A stretch of 64,000 nt of DNA from Minisyncoccia bacterium (GTDB lineage: Bacteria; Patescibacteriota; Minisyncoccia; UBA6257; 2-01-FULL-56-20). Position 1 is the first letter of the stretch; each line of letters starts with the position of its first letter. A program made the position numbers and the translations under genes. Positions 1-8,710 of the stretch are shown piece after piece. Below the pieces are notes generated by a model. It had not been told where the DNA came from, did no database searches, and was given only the letters and a program-made list of their open reading frames with translations. The stretch lies in the NCBI GenBank assembly GCA_049997875.1, contig JBEKRC010000003.1, positions 115,687 through 179,686 of the forward strand. The letters are read 5' to 3'.

Positions 1-764
1 CGGATCTTCAGATCATCCAGAAGCGCTTTCCCCTCGGCAGTCCCAAGATAATCAGCGAGGACCACCGCAAGAACGATCGCGGCGATCACAACGACGACCC
101 ACCATTGCGCCATGAAATTCCCAACCGCGAGGAGCGCCTGCGTATACCATGGCAGTTGCACATTATTCTGGGAAAACACCGTCCCAATAGACGGAAACAC
201 AAAGGTGACGAGGATGAAAGCGACCACGATAAAAAGTGCGACCACGATAGCGGGATAAATGAGGGCCGAAACCACTTTGCTCACGAGGGCCCCTTCCTTC
301 TCGGTATAATCGGCGAGGAATCCTGTGACTTCGTTCATATTTCCGGTCACCTCCGCAGCCCGCACCATCTCTACGTAAAAATCAGGGAATGTTTCCCCTT
401 GCCGCTCCATCGCCTGGGAAAATGAAAGGCCAGCGTCAATATCTTCAGAGATCCGCGCAACCACATCTTTGAGAATTCTGTTCGCCGTCTGGTCGCGGAG
501 GGTCTTCAGGGCATTATTCAAAGGAACCCTTGCCTCAAGGAGCGTCGCGAGTTGGCGCGTGAAGACGATCATATCCTTGCGGCGAACGCGGTTCAATAAT
601 GCGGAGGCTCGGTCAATGAGACCTATCTTTCCTTCGGGTTCCACGCTCAAAATAAAGAGATCGTGGCCCGTGAGGATACTCACGGCGCCATCGCGGTTCC
701 CTGCTTCTACGAACCCGACCTGCGTCTCCCCCTCCTTGGTTTTGGCCTGGTACTTAAATCTCAT
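1..764 (-). CDS. pilC: Type IV pilus assembly platform protein PilC (GspF family), N-terminal part; the gene continues past the window start
   Basis: Minus-strand translation from the ATG at 764 reads MRFKYQAKTKEGE...LATLLEARVPLNNALKTLRDQ, a T2SS-F domain. It sits 2 nt downstream of the pilT stop. Confidence 0.8.
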   Translation of the reverse strand, partial: MRFKYQAKTKEGETQVGFVEAGNRDGAVSILTGHDLFILSVEPEGKIGLIDRASALLNRVRRKDMIVFTRQLATLLEARVPLNNALKTLRDQTANRILKDVVARISEDIDAGLSFSQAMERQGETFPDFYVEMVRAAEVTGNMNEVTGFLADYTEKEGALVSKVVSALIYPAIVVALFIVVAFILVTFVFPSIGTVFSQNNVQLPWYTQALLAVGNFMAQWWVVVVIAAIVLAVVLADYLGTAEGKALLDDLKI

Positions 765-766
765 TA

Positions 767-1843
767 TTACGTCCGTTCAAGAAGAATCCGAAGCTCCGCC
801 GGATTCAATGAATAGAGCTCGGCATTCTCGAGCGTTACTTCCTTGTTTTTTACGAGATTCGCGAGCGAGCGGTTCAGCGTCACCATGCCCTCCTGCAACG
901 AAGTCTCGATCACAAGATCAACTTGATACGTTTTCCGCTCGCGGATAAGGTTCCGGATGGCCGGATTCACGATCATAATTTCCATGGACGGGATGCGGCC
1001 GCCGGAGATCCTCGGCAAGAGACGCTCGGAGACGATCGCGACCAAGGTTGCCGCGAGCTGGGAGGTCACCTGCCCCTGCTGCTCGGCCGGAAAAGAGTCA
1101 ATAATGCGATCAATCGTCTGCGATGCGGAGTTCGTGTGCAGCGTGGAAAACACCAAGTGTCCTGTCTCCGCCGCTGTCATCGCGGTAGCAATGGAAACGG
1201 CGTCGCGCATTTCGCCGATCATGATGACGTCCGGGTCCTGCCGCAGCACGGTGCGCAGGGCGCTATGAAAGCTCACCGCATCGCTTCCTATTTCACGCTG
1301 TGAAACGATGCACTTGTCCTGCGTAAAAAGATATTCAACCGGATCCTCAATGGTAATGATGTGGTCGGCCCGGGTGTGGTTCACTTCGTCAAGGACTGCC
1401 GCGAGCGTTGATGACTTTCCGTGTCCCGCGGGACCTACGGCGAGGATGAACCCCTGCGACAGTTTGCTGAAATCGTGGAGGAGGGGCGGGAGGTTCAGCT
1501 CCTCAATCGTCCTGATGCGTGCGGGCACGAGGCGTAGCGCTGCCGCGAGGTAGCCGCGCTGGTAATAGACATTCACGCGGAACCGCGCCTTGTCCTCAAA
1601 ACTATAGGCGAAGTCAAGCTGCCGCTGGACAACAAGTTTCTCCTTCTGCTCGGCGCTCGTGAGCTCCGAAATGATGCCTTCCGCCGCCTCGGGCGTCATA
1701 ACAGACTCTTTCTGAAGCGGCACAAGGGCCCCGTCCATGCGCAACGTTGGCCGCCGTCCGACCGCGAGGTGCAAATCGGAAGCGCTCTGCTTCGCGCACG
1801 TCGTCAAAAGATCGTTCAATTTCGCCTTATAATCTTCCGCCAT
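767..1843 (-). CDS. pilT: Twitching motility ATPase PilT
   Basis: Walker A GPAGHGKSSTLAA, DPVEY, and LVFSTLHTNSA. The N-terminus ASDLHL fits the ATG at 1843; the ORF-track start at 1960 is an upstream extension. Confidence 0.9.
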   Translation of the reverse strand: MAEDYKAKLNDLLTTCAKQSASDLHLAVGRRPTLRMDGALVPLQKESVMTPEAAEGIISELTSAEQKEKLVVQRQLDFAYSFEDKARFRVNVYYQRGYLAAALRLVPARIRTIEELNLPPLLHDFSKLSQGFILAVGPAGHGKSSTLAAVLDEVNHTRADHIITIEDPVEYLFTQDKCIVSQREIGSDAVSFHSALRTVLRQDPDVIMIGEMRDAVSIATAMTAAETGHLVFSTLHTNSASQTIDRIIDSFPAEQQGQVTSQLAATLVAIVSERLLPRISGGRIPSMEIMIVNPAIRNLIRERKTYQVDLVIETSLQEGMVTLNRSLANLVKNKEVTLENAELYSLNPAELRILLERT

Positions 1844-1895
1844 GGATAGCTCTTTTTCTAAAGTATACCACAAAGGAAAGTGCTGCACACGGACC

Positions 1896-1911
1896 TGGAC
1901 GATCTTCGAAC
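1896..1911 (+). repeat. 16-nt motif TGGACGATCTTCGAAC (copy 1 of 3)
   Basis: Identical 16-mer also at 3153-3168; one-mismatch copy at 2309-2324. Confidence 0.6.
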
Positions 1912-1953
1912 GATCCTGGCTATTAGCCAGAAACAAGCCTATTTTGCCAAGAT

Positions 1954-1982
1954 TTGACAAATATAGATATTTCGGTTATACT
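1954..1982 (+). promoter_or_regulatory. Sigma70-like promoter, TTGACA-17-TATACT
   Basis: Perfect -35 and a near-consensus -10 with 17-nt spacing, about 45 nt upstream of the small ORF at 2030. Confidence 0.45.
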
Positions 1983-2029
1983 ATGTATGGTCAGTATCCG
2001 AACGAATTCGACAGCCCATAAGGAGTGCT

Positions 2030-2227
2030 ATGAGTTATCATCATTGGATCGCGTTGGCCTGCATGGTGGTTTGCTTCTTCCTGTTGAGCATACGCGCCAT
2101 TATGTCCTTCAGGAAGAAGAACTGGCGGGGAGCGATTTTCTCGTTGTTCTGCGCTTCGCTTTTTCTCTACGCAGTGATTGAAGGGTGTAGGGCAATGATC
2201 TTACACTATCAGAACCTAGCGCACTAA
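2030..2227 (+). CDS. Small membrane protein (65 aa)
   Basis: AAGGAG RBS 7 nt upstream of the ATG; hydrophobic protein; promoter and terminator flank it. Confidence 0.5.
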   Translation: MSYHHWIALACMVVCFFLLSIRAIMSFRKKNWRGAIFSLFCASLFLYAVIEGCRAMILHYQNLAH

Positions 2228-2247
2228 ACGGAGTGGGTAAATCACGT

Positions 2248-2296
2248 CGGCTCCCACAGAAAGGATATCCTGCTGTTCGGGAGCCTTTCTGTTTTT
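2248..2296 (+). terminator. Rho-independent terminator
   Basis: GGCTCCC...GGGAGCC stem followed by TTTCTGTTTTTTG. Confidence 0.6.
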
Positions 2297-2308
2297 TGCG
2301 CAGGGGCC

Positions 2309-2324
2309 TGGACGATGTTCGAAC
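2309..2324 (+). repeat. 16-nt motif TGGACGATGTTCGAAC (copy 2 of 3)
   Basis: One mismatch to copies 1 and 3. Confidence 0.5.
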
Positions 2325-2346
2325 GATTTTGTGGTCTGATATGACG

Positions 2347-3111
2347 CTATAAAGGCTTTGAGGTGGTGAATGTATTGAGTATGACTATTAAGTCCCTCAG
2401 CTCTGAAGGGGTGAATGTTCCCCTGTCGATGTTCGAGGGATCAAATAATGTTGGATTATTCGGCGTTGCGATATAGGCGAAGGGGCCGGTGTTGCTCGCA
2501 AAGATACCTTGAGCGCCTTCGTGATCTGACCAGAAAAGATAATAGTCCAGACCATTTTCATTGATTCCATGAATCATTTGATAATTTTGAGGAGGAATAC
2601 ATGCATCGGTTGCTCCGGCCAAGCACCATGACAACACATTTTGAAGAGGGGTACCGCTTCTATTAACACCTTGAGGCGAACTTAAATTTATGCCTACTCC
2701 CGATGGCCAAGTGATTCTTAATCGAGGCCATGCCTCATGACTTGGATAACTAATGGTTAAATATGAAGGATAACAAAAGGAAATCCCGGCTTCTTGGGAT
2801 GAAAAAGTATTTGTTGCTATAAAAAGACTATAGCTACTAGTTACCACCGGGTCGCCATAAACGGATGTGCTTGTCGCTAAATTTGAGCAATCAGCAACTC
2901 CATATTGAAAAGAAGTTGTTGTCACGGTCGGCATAGCAGTAGATGTTGAGACCTTCTGTGTCGTAGTTAAGCTGCCAGTTTCTGCAGAAACTGGATTTGG
3001 AATTGAGGCGGTTTTACTTTCATTATAAAAATAAAAACCCATTAGAACGATTATCATCCCAAAAACAATTCCTACCACTAACTCAACAACACCAAAACCT
3101 TTCCGGTTCAT
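2347..3111 (-). CDS. Type IV pilin-like protein (prepilin-type N-terminus)
   Basis: N-terminus MNRKGFGVVELVVG has the G-F-x-x-x-E class III signal; Ser/Thr-rich body. Confidence 0.8.
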   Translation of the reverse strand: MNRKGFGVVELVVGIVFGMIIVLMGFYFYNESKTASIPNPVSAETGSLTTTQKVSTSTAMPTVTTTSFQYGVADCSNLATSTSVYGDPVVTSSYSLFIATNTFSSQEAGISFCYPSYLTISYPSHEAWPRLRITWPSGVGINLSSPQGVNRSGTPLQNVLSWCLAGATDACIPPQNYQMIHGINENGLDYYLFWSDHEGAQGIFASNTGPFAYIATPNNPTLFDPSNIDRGTFTPSELRDLIVILNTFTTSKPL

Positions 3112-3152
3112 GGTTTAATTATAACAAAATAAAAAATCTTTGCGCACAGGAG

Positions 3153-3168
3153 TGGACGATCTTCGAAC
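3153..3168 (+). repeat. 16-nt motif TGGACGATCTTCGAAC (copy 3 of 3), flanked by the 7-bp inverted repeat AGGAGTG/CACTCCT
   Basis: Lies between the divergent pilin gene and a small ORF. Confidence 0.6.
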
Positions 3169-3229
3169 ACTCCTTATGGCAATTGACGTTGCGGTATGAA
3201 TATGCCATCATCCCTTGCGGAGGTAGCCG

Positions 3230-3511
3230 ATGACCCCTATTGAAATCAAAGGAATCTGGCAGCTCTGTGAGCTGAGACGGGCCTGCAAGAAAGTTATCAT
3301 CGCTCTGTGGATTCTTGCTCCGCCCATCGCACCTTGTTCTTTCTATTTTTCCACCAAAGCACATCTCCTTTCGCTTCCTAGCTATATCGCTTCTAGCATC
3401 ATCTTGCTCATAACAGCCCTCGCAACCGCAGCAATTTATTTCAAGATGCGTGGCATTGACAAGGTCCTGCGGAAGGCTTTGAGTGAGAACACACCAGCCA
3501 GAATCGTGTAG
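3230..3511 (+). CDS. Small membrane protein (93 aa)
   Basis: GGAGGT RBS; two predicted TM helices. Confidence 0.45.
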   Translation: MTPIEIKGIWQLCELRRACKKVIIALWILAPPIAPCSFYFSTKAHLLSLPSYIASSIILLITALATAAIYFKMRGIDKVLRKALSENTPARIV

Positions 3512-3567
3512 CGAGACGCTTCTGCCCCACCTCAGCGGAAAGGGAGTTTCTGCCGAAACAACAACAA

Positions 3568-3590
3568 GGGCTACCCCATAAAGGTAGCCC
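3568..3590. terminator. Palindromic hairpin GGGCTACC-ccataaa-GGTAGCCC, possibly a bidirectional terminator
   Basis: Perfect 8-bp stem between convergent transcription units. Confidence 0.4.
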
Positions 3591-3636
3591 GCGTCATTTT
3601 CGTGCACGGGGCAGGATTCGAACAAAAAAGGCAGCG

Positions 3637-3758
3637 GCGCATGAGCGTTGGTTTTTGGAGCATCCCGGAGCCACAACGGCTTGAGGCGACCTTCAGGTCG
3701 CCTGTTGCAGCGAGGGCGAGCGGCGTTTCCCCGCTGGAGGAAACGACCGCTCATGCGC
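3637..3758 (-). terminator. Complex intrinsic terminator after fusA. An 11-bp closing stem (GCGCATGAGCG) encloses a conserved multi-hairpin insert of about 90 nt.
   Basis: Starts at the fusA stop codon. On the minus strand the stem is followed by CGCTGCCTTTTTTG. The interior is homologous to 7153-7244. Confidence 0.5.
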
Positions 3759-5863
3759 TAGCGCTTCTTCCCCTCTATAATAAGCTGCGCCACATTGTTG
3801 GGCGTCGGCTCATAGTGATCAAATTCCATCGTGAACGAACCGCGTCCCTGCGACATTGAGCGGAGCTCGGTCGCGTAGCCGAACATTTCGGAAAGCGGGA
3901 CTTTCGCGTCAATCACCTTCAGCCCCGGCCGGTCGCCAAGCGATTCAATGCGGCCGCGCTTTGAGTTTAATTGGCCCGTCACTTCGCCCAAGAAATCCGG
4001 CGGGACGAGCACCTGCAATTTCATAATTGGCTCCAGTATCACCGGCTTCGCACGCCTTGCGGCCTCCTGAAACGCGATGGATCCCGCGATCTTGAACGCC
4101 GCCTCCGACGAGTCCACTTCATGGAACGAACCGTCATACAAAGTCACCTCAACGTCGGTCACCGGATAGTGCGCGAGAATGCCTTTATCCAAGGCCTCCT
4201 TCACTCCTTTCTCCGTCGCCGGAATGAATTCATGGGGAATGATACCTCCTTTGATCTCATCCAAAAATACGAACCCCGTGCCGCGTTCAAGCGGTTTCAC
4301 GCGCAGCCACACATGGCCATATTGTCCGCGCCCGCCGGATTGGCGGATGTATTTTCCTTCCGCTTCCGCTTCACCCAAGATTGTTTCCTTGTATGCAACT
4401 TGAGGCCGACCCACATTTGCTTCCACGCCAAACTCCCGCTTCATGCGGTCCACAATGATCTCCAAATGCAGCTCGCCCATGCCGGAAATGATCGTTTCGC
4501 CGGTATCCGGATCCCCTGCCACACGGAAGGTTGGGTCCTCCTCGGCGAGCCGGTGCAGGGCCGTACCCATCTTTTCCTGATCAACCTTCGTCTTCGGTTC
4601 AATGCGAATGCCAATCACGGGCTCGGGAAAAGTGATGCGCTCCAAGACGATTGGCGAATCAGGATCACAGAGTGTGTCCCCCGTCGTCGTATTTTTGAGG
4701 CCGACAATTGCCGCAATCTCGCCCGCATAGACCTCCTCCACCTCCTCGCGATCATTCGCATGCATGCGGACCACGCGCCCGATGCGTTCCTGATTATCTT
4801 TGGTCGCATTCAAAATATACGAGCCGCGCCTCAAAACGCCGGAATAATTCCTGAAATACGTGAGTGTGCCGACGTAGGGGTCCGTTGCGATCTTAAACGC
4901 AAGTGCCGAGAACGGTTCTTCGTCGCTTGCGTGGCGCGTGATTTCCGCGCCCGTTTTTAGATCATGGCCTGTGACCGGCGGCAAATCCGTCGGTGCCGGC
5001 AGATACTCCACAACAGCATCCAATATGAACTGTACCCCTTTGTTCTTCAAGGCCGAGCCGCAGAACACCGGAACGATTTTGTTCGCGATCACCGCCTTGC
5101 GCAGCACGCGGCGAAGCTCCTCAATGCCAATCTCCTTTCCGTCCAGATACGCCGCCATCGCCCCGTCGTCGTTTTCGGCAATTTTTTCAATCAGCTTGTG
5201 GCGGTGCTTCGCAATGTCCGCCTTCATCTCGTCCGGGATCGGGATTTCAACTATCTTCTCGCCATGCTCGCCTTCAGACCCAAACGCCTTGTTCAAAAGG
5301 AGGTCCACGATCCCCCTGAAATTCCCTTCCAAACCGATCGGCAGCTGCACCGGGATAGCATGCGGCGTGAGCCGGTCAAGAATTGATTGAAAACTCCCCA
5401 TAAAGTTCGCGCCCATCCGATCAAGTTTGTTGATAAAGCAGATGCGCGGCACATTGTATTCGTCCGCATAGCGCCAATTCGTTTCCGACTGCGGTTCAAC
5501 GCCCGCGACGCCGTCAAACACGACGACCGCGCCGTCCAAAACGCGGAGCGACCGCTTCACCTCAACCGTGAAGTCAATGTGTCCCGGCGTATCTATCAAA
5601 TTGATGCGATGTTCAAAATTTTTGTCGTGATTGCGGTACGTCGGCGTCCAGAACGCGGTCGTCGCGGCCGAGGTGATCGTGATGCCGCGCTCGCGCTCCT
5701 GCTCCATCCAATCCATTATGGTGTCCCCCGTGTGCACCTCGCCGATCTTGTGCGAAACGCCCGTATAAAAAAGCACCCGCTCCGAGACGGTCGTCTTTCC
5801 GGCATCAATATGGGCAATGATGCCGATGTTTCTTACCTTTTCAATAGGATATTGTCGAGGCAT
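3758..5863 (-). CDS. fusA: Elongation factor G
   Basis: AHIDAGKTT and DTPGHIDF GTPase motifs; full-length EF-G architecture. Confidence 0.97.
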   Translation of the reverse strand: MPRQYPIEKVRNIGIIAHIDAGKTTVSERVLFYTGVSHKIGEVHTGDTIMDWMEQERERGITITSAATTAFWTPTYRNHDKNFEHRINLIDTPGHIDFTVEVKRSLRVLDGAVVVFDGVAGVEPQSETNWRYADEYNVPRICFINKLDRMGANFMGSFQSILDRLTPHAIPVQLPIGLEGNFRGIVDLLLNKAFGSEGEHGEKIVEIPIPDEMKADIAKHRHKLIEKIAENDDGAMAAYLDGKEIGIEELRRVLRKAVIANKIVPVFCGSALKNKGVQFILDAVVEYLPAPTDLPPVTGHDLKTGAEITRHASDEEPFSALAFKIATDPYVGTLTYFRNYSGVLRRGSYILNATKDNQERIGRVVRMHANDREEVEEVYAGEIAAIVGLKNTTTGDTLCDPDSPIVLERITFPEPVIGIRIEPKTKVDQEKMGTALHRLAEEDPTFRVAGDPDTGETIISGMGELHLEIIVDRMKREFGVEANVGRPQVAYKETILGEAEAEGKYIRQSGGRGQYGHVWLRVKPLERGTGFVFLDEIKGGIIPHEFIPATEKGVKEALDKGILAHYPVTDVEVTLYDGSFHEVDSSEAAFKIAGSIAFQEAARRAKPVILEPIMKLQVLVPPDFLGEVTGQLNSKRGRIESLGDRPGLKVIDAKVPLSEMFGYATELRSMSQGRGSFTMEFDHYEPTPNNVAQLIIEGKKR

Positions 5864-5878
5864 GCGGTTCGGTGCGGA

Positions 5879-6346
5879 TTATCGTGCGAAGTGCGCGAAG
5901 GCACGGTTGGCCTCGGCCATGCGGTGCGTGTCCAGTTTCTTTTTGATCGCGGCGCCTTCGTTCTTTGCGGCAGCGATCAATTCTTCCGCAAGTTTGTCCG
6001 CCATCGGCTTCCCTTTTTTCGCGCGGGCCGCACCGATGATCCAGCGAACCGCAAGGACGAAGCGCCGTTCGGGACGCACCTCCCGCGGCACCTGGTAATT
6101 CGCGCCGCCCACGCGCCGCGACGCCACCTCCAACATCGGCGATGCATTCTCTATCGCTTTCTCAAATACCTTGACGGGGTCTTCTTTGGTCGCCGCTTTG
6201 ACTTTTTCCAGAGCACCATACACTACCCTCTCGGCCACCGACTTCTTCCCGTCCCTCATCACATAGTTGATAAACCGGCCGAGCTCCACGCGCCCATGCA
6301 CGGCATCCGGCTTATGATATTTTTTATAAACGCGCTTTTTTCTCAT
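5879..6346 (-). CDS. rpsG: 30S ribosomal protein S7
   Basis: Typical S7 sequence in str-operon position. Confidence 0.97.
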   Translation of the reverse strand: MRKKRVYKKYHKPDAVHGRVELGRFINYVMRDGKKSVAERVVYGALEKVKAATKEDPVKVFEKAIENASPMLEVASRRVGGANYQVPREVRPERRFVLAVRWIIGAARAKKGKPMADKLAEELIAAAKNEGAAIKKKLDTHRMAEANRAFAHFAR

Positions 6347-6376
6347 TGGTTTCCTAGTTACTAGTTACCAGGCCAG

Positions 6377-6790
6377 CTATGCCTTCGGCTTTTTCATACC
6401 ATACTTAGACCGCTGCTGTTTGCGATTTGTGACGCCGGTCGTGTCCAGGACCCCGCGCACCACGTGGTACCGCACGCCCGGAAGGTCCTTCACGCGGCCG
6501 CCGCGCACCATTACTATAGAGTGCTCCTGGAGCGCGTGGCCCTCGCCCGGAATATACGCCGTGATCTCCATGCCGTTTGTGAGCCGCACGCGCGCCACCT
6601 TCCGCAGCGCCGAGTTCGGCTTCTTCGGCGTCGTTGTGAACACTTTGACACACACCCCTCTCTTGAAGGGTGAACCGGAATCCACCGGCCGGTTCTTCAA
6701 TGAATTAAAATAGAACGACAAAGCCGGCGCCTTGGTCTTGGACTTCAAGGGCTGCCTTCCCTTCTTGATCAGTTGCCTGATGGTCGGCAT
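6377..6790 (-). CDS. rpsL: 30S ribosomal protein S12
   Basis: [10 protein letters not shown]...[10 protein letters not shown]12 signature. Confidence 0.97.
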   Translation of the reverse strand: MPTIRQLIKKGRQPLKSKTKAPALSFYFNSLKNRPVDSGSPFKRGVCVKVFTTTPKKPNSALRKVARVRLTNGMEITAYIPGEGHALQEHSIVMVRGGRVKDLPGVRYHVVRGVLDTTGVTNRKQQRSKYGMKKPKA

Positions 6791-7053
6791 ACGTTAAGCA
6801 ATTGTAGCGGAGACGGCCCGAGGTGTCAACAAAAAATGAATTCCCCGCCCCCAGGAATGAAGAATGAAGCTGGTGGTGGGGCGGGGTGATATGATTCCGC
6901 CGCGCGGAGTGGGAATCCAGAAGTGTGCTGTACGAGTGTGCGCACACAAAGGAGAGGAAAACCCACTCCGCGAGCGTTTGTCCTTGGTTTAATAACAAAT
7001 TACCCCATCTTTCATTTTCTGTCAAGCGCTATTACAATGAGATTGACAAAGGA

Positions 7054-7127
7054 GGGCCTGTAGCTTAGTGGCAGAGCAGCCGGTTTGCATCCGGCAGATA
7101 GGGGTTCGATTCCCCTCAGGTCCACCA
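7054..7127 (+). tRNA. tRNA-Ala (TGC) with encoded CCA
   Basis: Cloverleaf built by hand: acceptor GGGCCTG/CAGGTCC, anticodon loop TTTGCAT, T-arm GGGGTTCGATTCCCC, 3' CCA. Confidence 0.9.
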
Positions 7128-7269
7128 GGAATAACGAATACTCTTAAAAGGGACGGTGTCGTTTCCTCCGGCGGGGAAACGCACCTCGCTCTCGCCACGG
7201 CAGACGACCTAAAGGTCGTCTCAAACCGCCGTGGCTCCGAGATGCCCTTTTAAGAGTATTCGTTATTCC
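7128..7269 (+). terminator. Complex terminator-like structure. A perfect 25-bp stem (GGAATAACGAATACTCTTAAAAGGG) encloses a conserved multi-hairpin insert of about 90 nt.
   Basis: Begins immediately after tRNA-Ala and is followed by a T-rich run. The interior has GTTTCC-N8-GGAAAC and GACGACC-N4-GGTCGTC hairpins homologous to the fusA 3' element. Confidence 0.5.
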
Positions 7270-7283
7270 TTATTGTTCTCTTG

Positions 7284-7413
7284 GGGAATCAAACGAGGAA
7301 AGGGGTCGGGGAAACCTTAGGTTTCCCCGTGTCGGAAAGAAGTTGAGAACCGTGGGTTCTCAAAGCGCAGGCCGGTCTTACCGGCCGAGCAGTGAGATTC
7401 CCCTCATGTCCAC
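7284..7413 (+). ncRNA. Conserved structured element E1, a candidate ncRNA or mini integrated element. It ends with a duplicate of the tRNA-Ala 3' end.
   Basis: About 85 percent identical to 36367-36517 over the conserved blocks, with compensatory hairpin changes. The 3' end GATTCCCCTCATGTCCAC copies the tRNA-Ala T-stem plus acceptor. Confidence 0.4.
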
Positions 7414-7493
7414 GGAGAACAAGCAAGGCAGTGAGACTCCCCTTAAAAAGGGAGCCGCAGTGGCTCTCTCGTGGCAACACACTGCGGCCCAAC

Positions 7494-7790
7494 TCACGGC
7501 AACAAAAACGGCATAAAAATGCGTTCGCTACCCAGGAGTCTTTGCAGATAAAGATGGCGTAGGATCGGCGGATCGCCCACGAAGAACACTTCCACCGTCA
7601 TCTCCCCTTTTCGACTTAACTTGGTAGCACAAAGGGATTCAATCGCCCTTTCTCCTTCCTCCACCTGGAGAAGTTCGAGGGCAGTGAAGAGTTCGCGACG
7701 GAACTCAAGAGCGCTCGGCGGGATCATAATGACCACTATTTTCCCGCCGCGGGCAAGACGAAGCTCGTTTCCATTCAGTATCACGTTCAC
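7494..7790 (-). CDS. Hypothetical protein (98 aa)
   Basis: ORF only; weak resemblance to small beta-grasp proteins. Confidence 0.35.
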   Translation of the reverse strand: MNVILNGNELRLARGGKIVVIMIPPSALEFRRELFTALELLQVEEGERAIESLCATKLSRKGEMTVEVFFVGDPPILRHLYLQRLLGSERIFMPFLLP

Positions 7791-7847
7791 CTCCAGTAGA
7801 ACGATTCAAGAAAAAAACCGACTATATCATATCATAAAACAGAACCA

Positions 7848-8486
7848 TCACAACCCGAGCGGTTGGCCGGTGAAAATAAGAAAAAGAAAATTGACGAGCG
7901 GCATAAGGAGCTGGAATCCAAAGAACACGAAAATAAGGACGAGGAAAAGCCCCCAGCGTTCCAAGAAATACATCACGCGGTAAGTTGCCTGCGTTTGCGG
8001 GAGCGCGGCGAAAAGCACGCGCGAACCGTCCAGCGGCGGAATGGGAACGAGGTTGAAAATGCCGAGAAGGACGTTGATGAACACGACGACCCCAAGGAAG
8101 GAAAGAAATGCATCGGAGACAAAGGGCAAATAGCTCAATATGCGAACGAGAATCCCGAAGATCACGGCGATGAGCAAGTTTGTTCCCGGTCCCGCGAGCG
8201 CGATTTTGACCGAGCCGGTTCGCGGATTCTTAAGATTGCGTGGATCATAGGGCACCGGCTTCGCGGCGGCGAAAAAGAATGCTCCGTCGGAGGCAATGTA
8301 AAGGAAGATAGGCAGGAGAATCGAACCGAAGGGATCCAGATGCTTCAAGGGATTGAGCGTGAGGCGTCCCGCGTTCCGCGCCGTGGGATCCCCCAGCCGT
8401 TCCGCCTCATAACCGTGCGCGATCTCGTGCAGCACCGCCGAAAAAAGCAGGACGATGAATTCAAACACAACGATTGCGACGTTCAT
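7848..8486 (-). CDS. Peptidase M50 family (site-2-protease-like) membrane metalloprotease
   Basis: HEIAHG HExxH motif in a TM helix; LDG motif; polytopic membrane protein. Confidence 0.85.
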   Translation of the reverse strand: MNVAIVVFEFIVLLFSAVLHEIAHGYEAERLGDPTARNAGRLTLNPLKHLDPFGSILLPIFLYIASDGAFFFAAAKPVPYDPRNLKNPRTGSVKIALAGPGTNLLIAVIFGILVRILSYLPFVSDAFLSFLGVVVFINVLLGIFNLVPIPPLDGSRVLFAALPQTQATYRVMYFLERWGLFLVLIFVFFGFQLLMPLVNFLFLIFTGQPLGL

Positions 8487-8571
8487 TGGAATAAGTGTAC
8501 CATGCGGAAGCGAATTATTCTGGAAAATTATGAAGTGGCGTGATATGCTCTATAAAAATATTCGATAGCTT

Positions 8572-8644
8572 GCCCTCGTGGTGAAACGGATATCACAACT
8601 GCCTTCGAAGCAGTAAGTGGGGGTTCGACTCCCTCCGGGGGCGC
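8572..8644 (+). tRNA. tRNA-Arg (TCG)
   Basis: Acceptor GCCCTCG/CGGGGGC, anticodon loop CTTCGAA, T-arm GGGGGTTCGACTCCCTC. Confidence 0.8.
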
Positions 8645-8710
8645 ACTTTGGAGATTAAAAAAATATTAAAGAACCTTTGACTTTCCGGCGGGTTGCATCA
8701 CACTGTGAAC

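Noticed and set aside
3596-3660. tRNA on the minus strand suggested by GGATTCGAAC
   Set aside because: No complementary T-stem or acceptor could be built.
3119-3754. 211-aa minus-strand ORF
   Set aside because: Overlaps the divergent promoter region and the small plus-strand gene and has a Cys/Arg-rich junk composition, so it was judged spurious. It is one example of a general exclusion. Many ORFs lie antisense to or overlapping strong genes, for example 3971-4960 (+) inside fusA, 7863-8543 (+) opposite the M50 peptidase, and 21001-21483 (-) and 22191-23087 (+) inside the giant surface protein gene. The Arg/Pro-rich ORFs opposite recG and the Gly-rich gene are similar. All were treated as antisense artefacts of a GC-rich genome.
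3637-3758. SRP RNA (4.5S) because of a GNRA-capped hairpin GACC-TGAA-GGTC
   Set aside because: Lacks the conserved domain IV symmetric and asymmetric loops (AGGUCCGGAAGGAAGCAGC); the hairpins are perfect stems.
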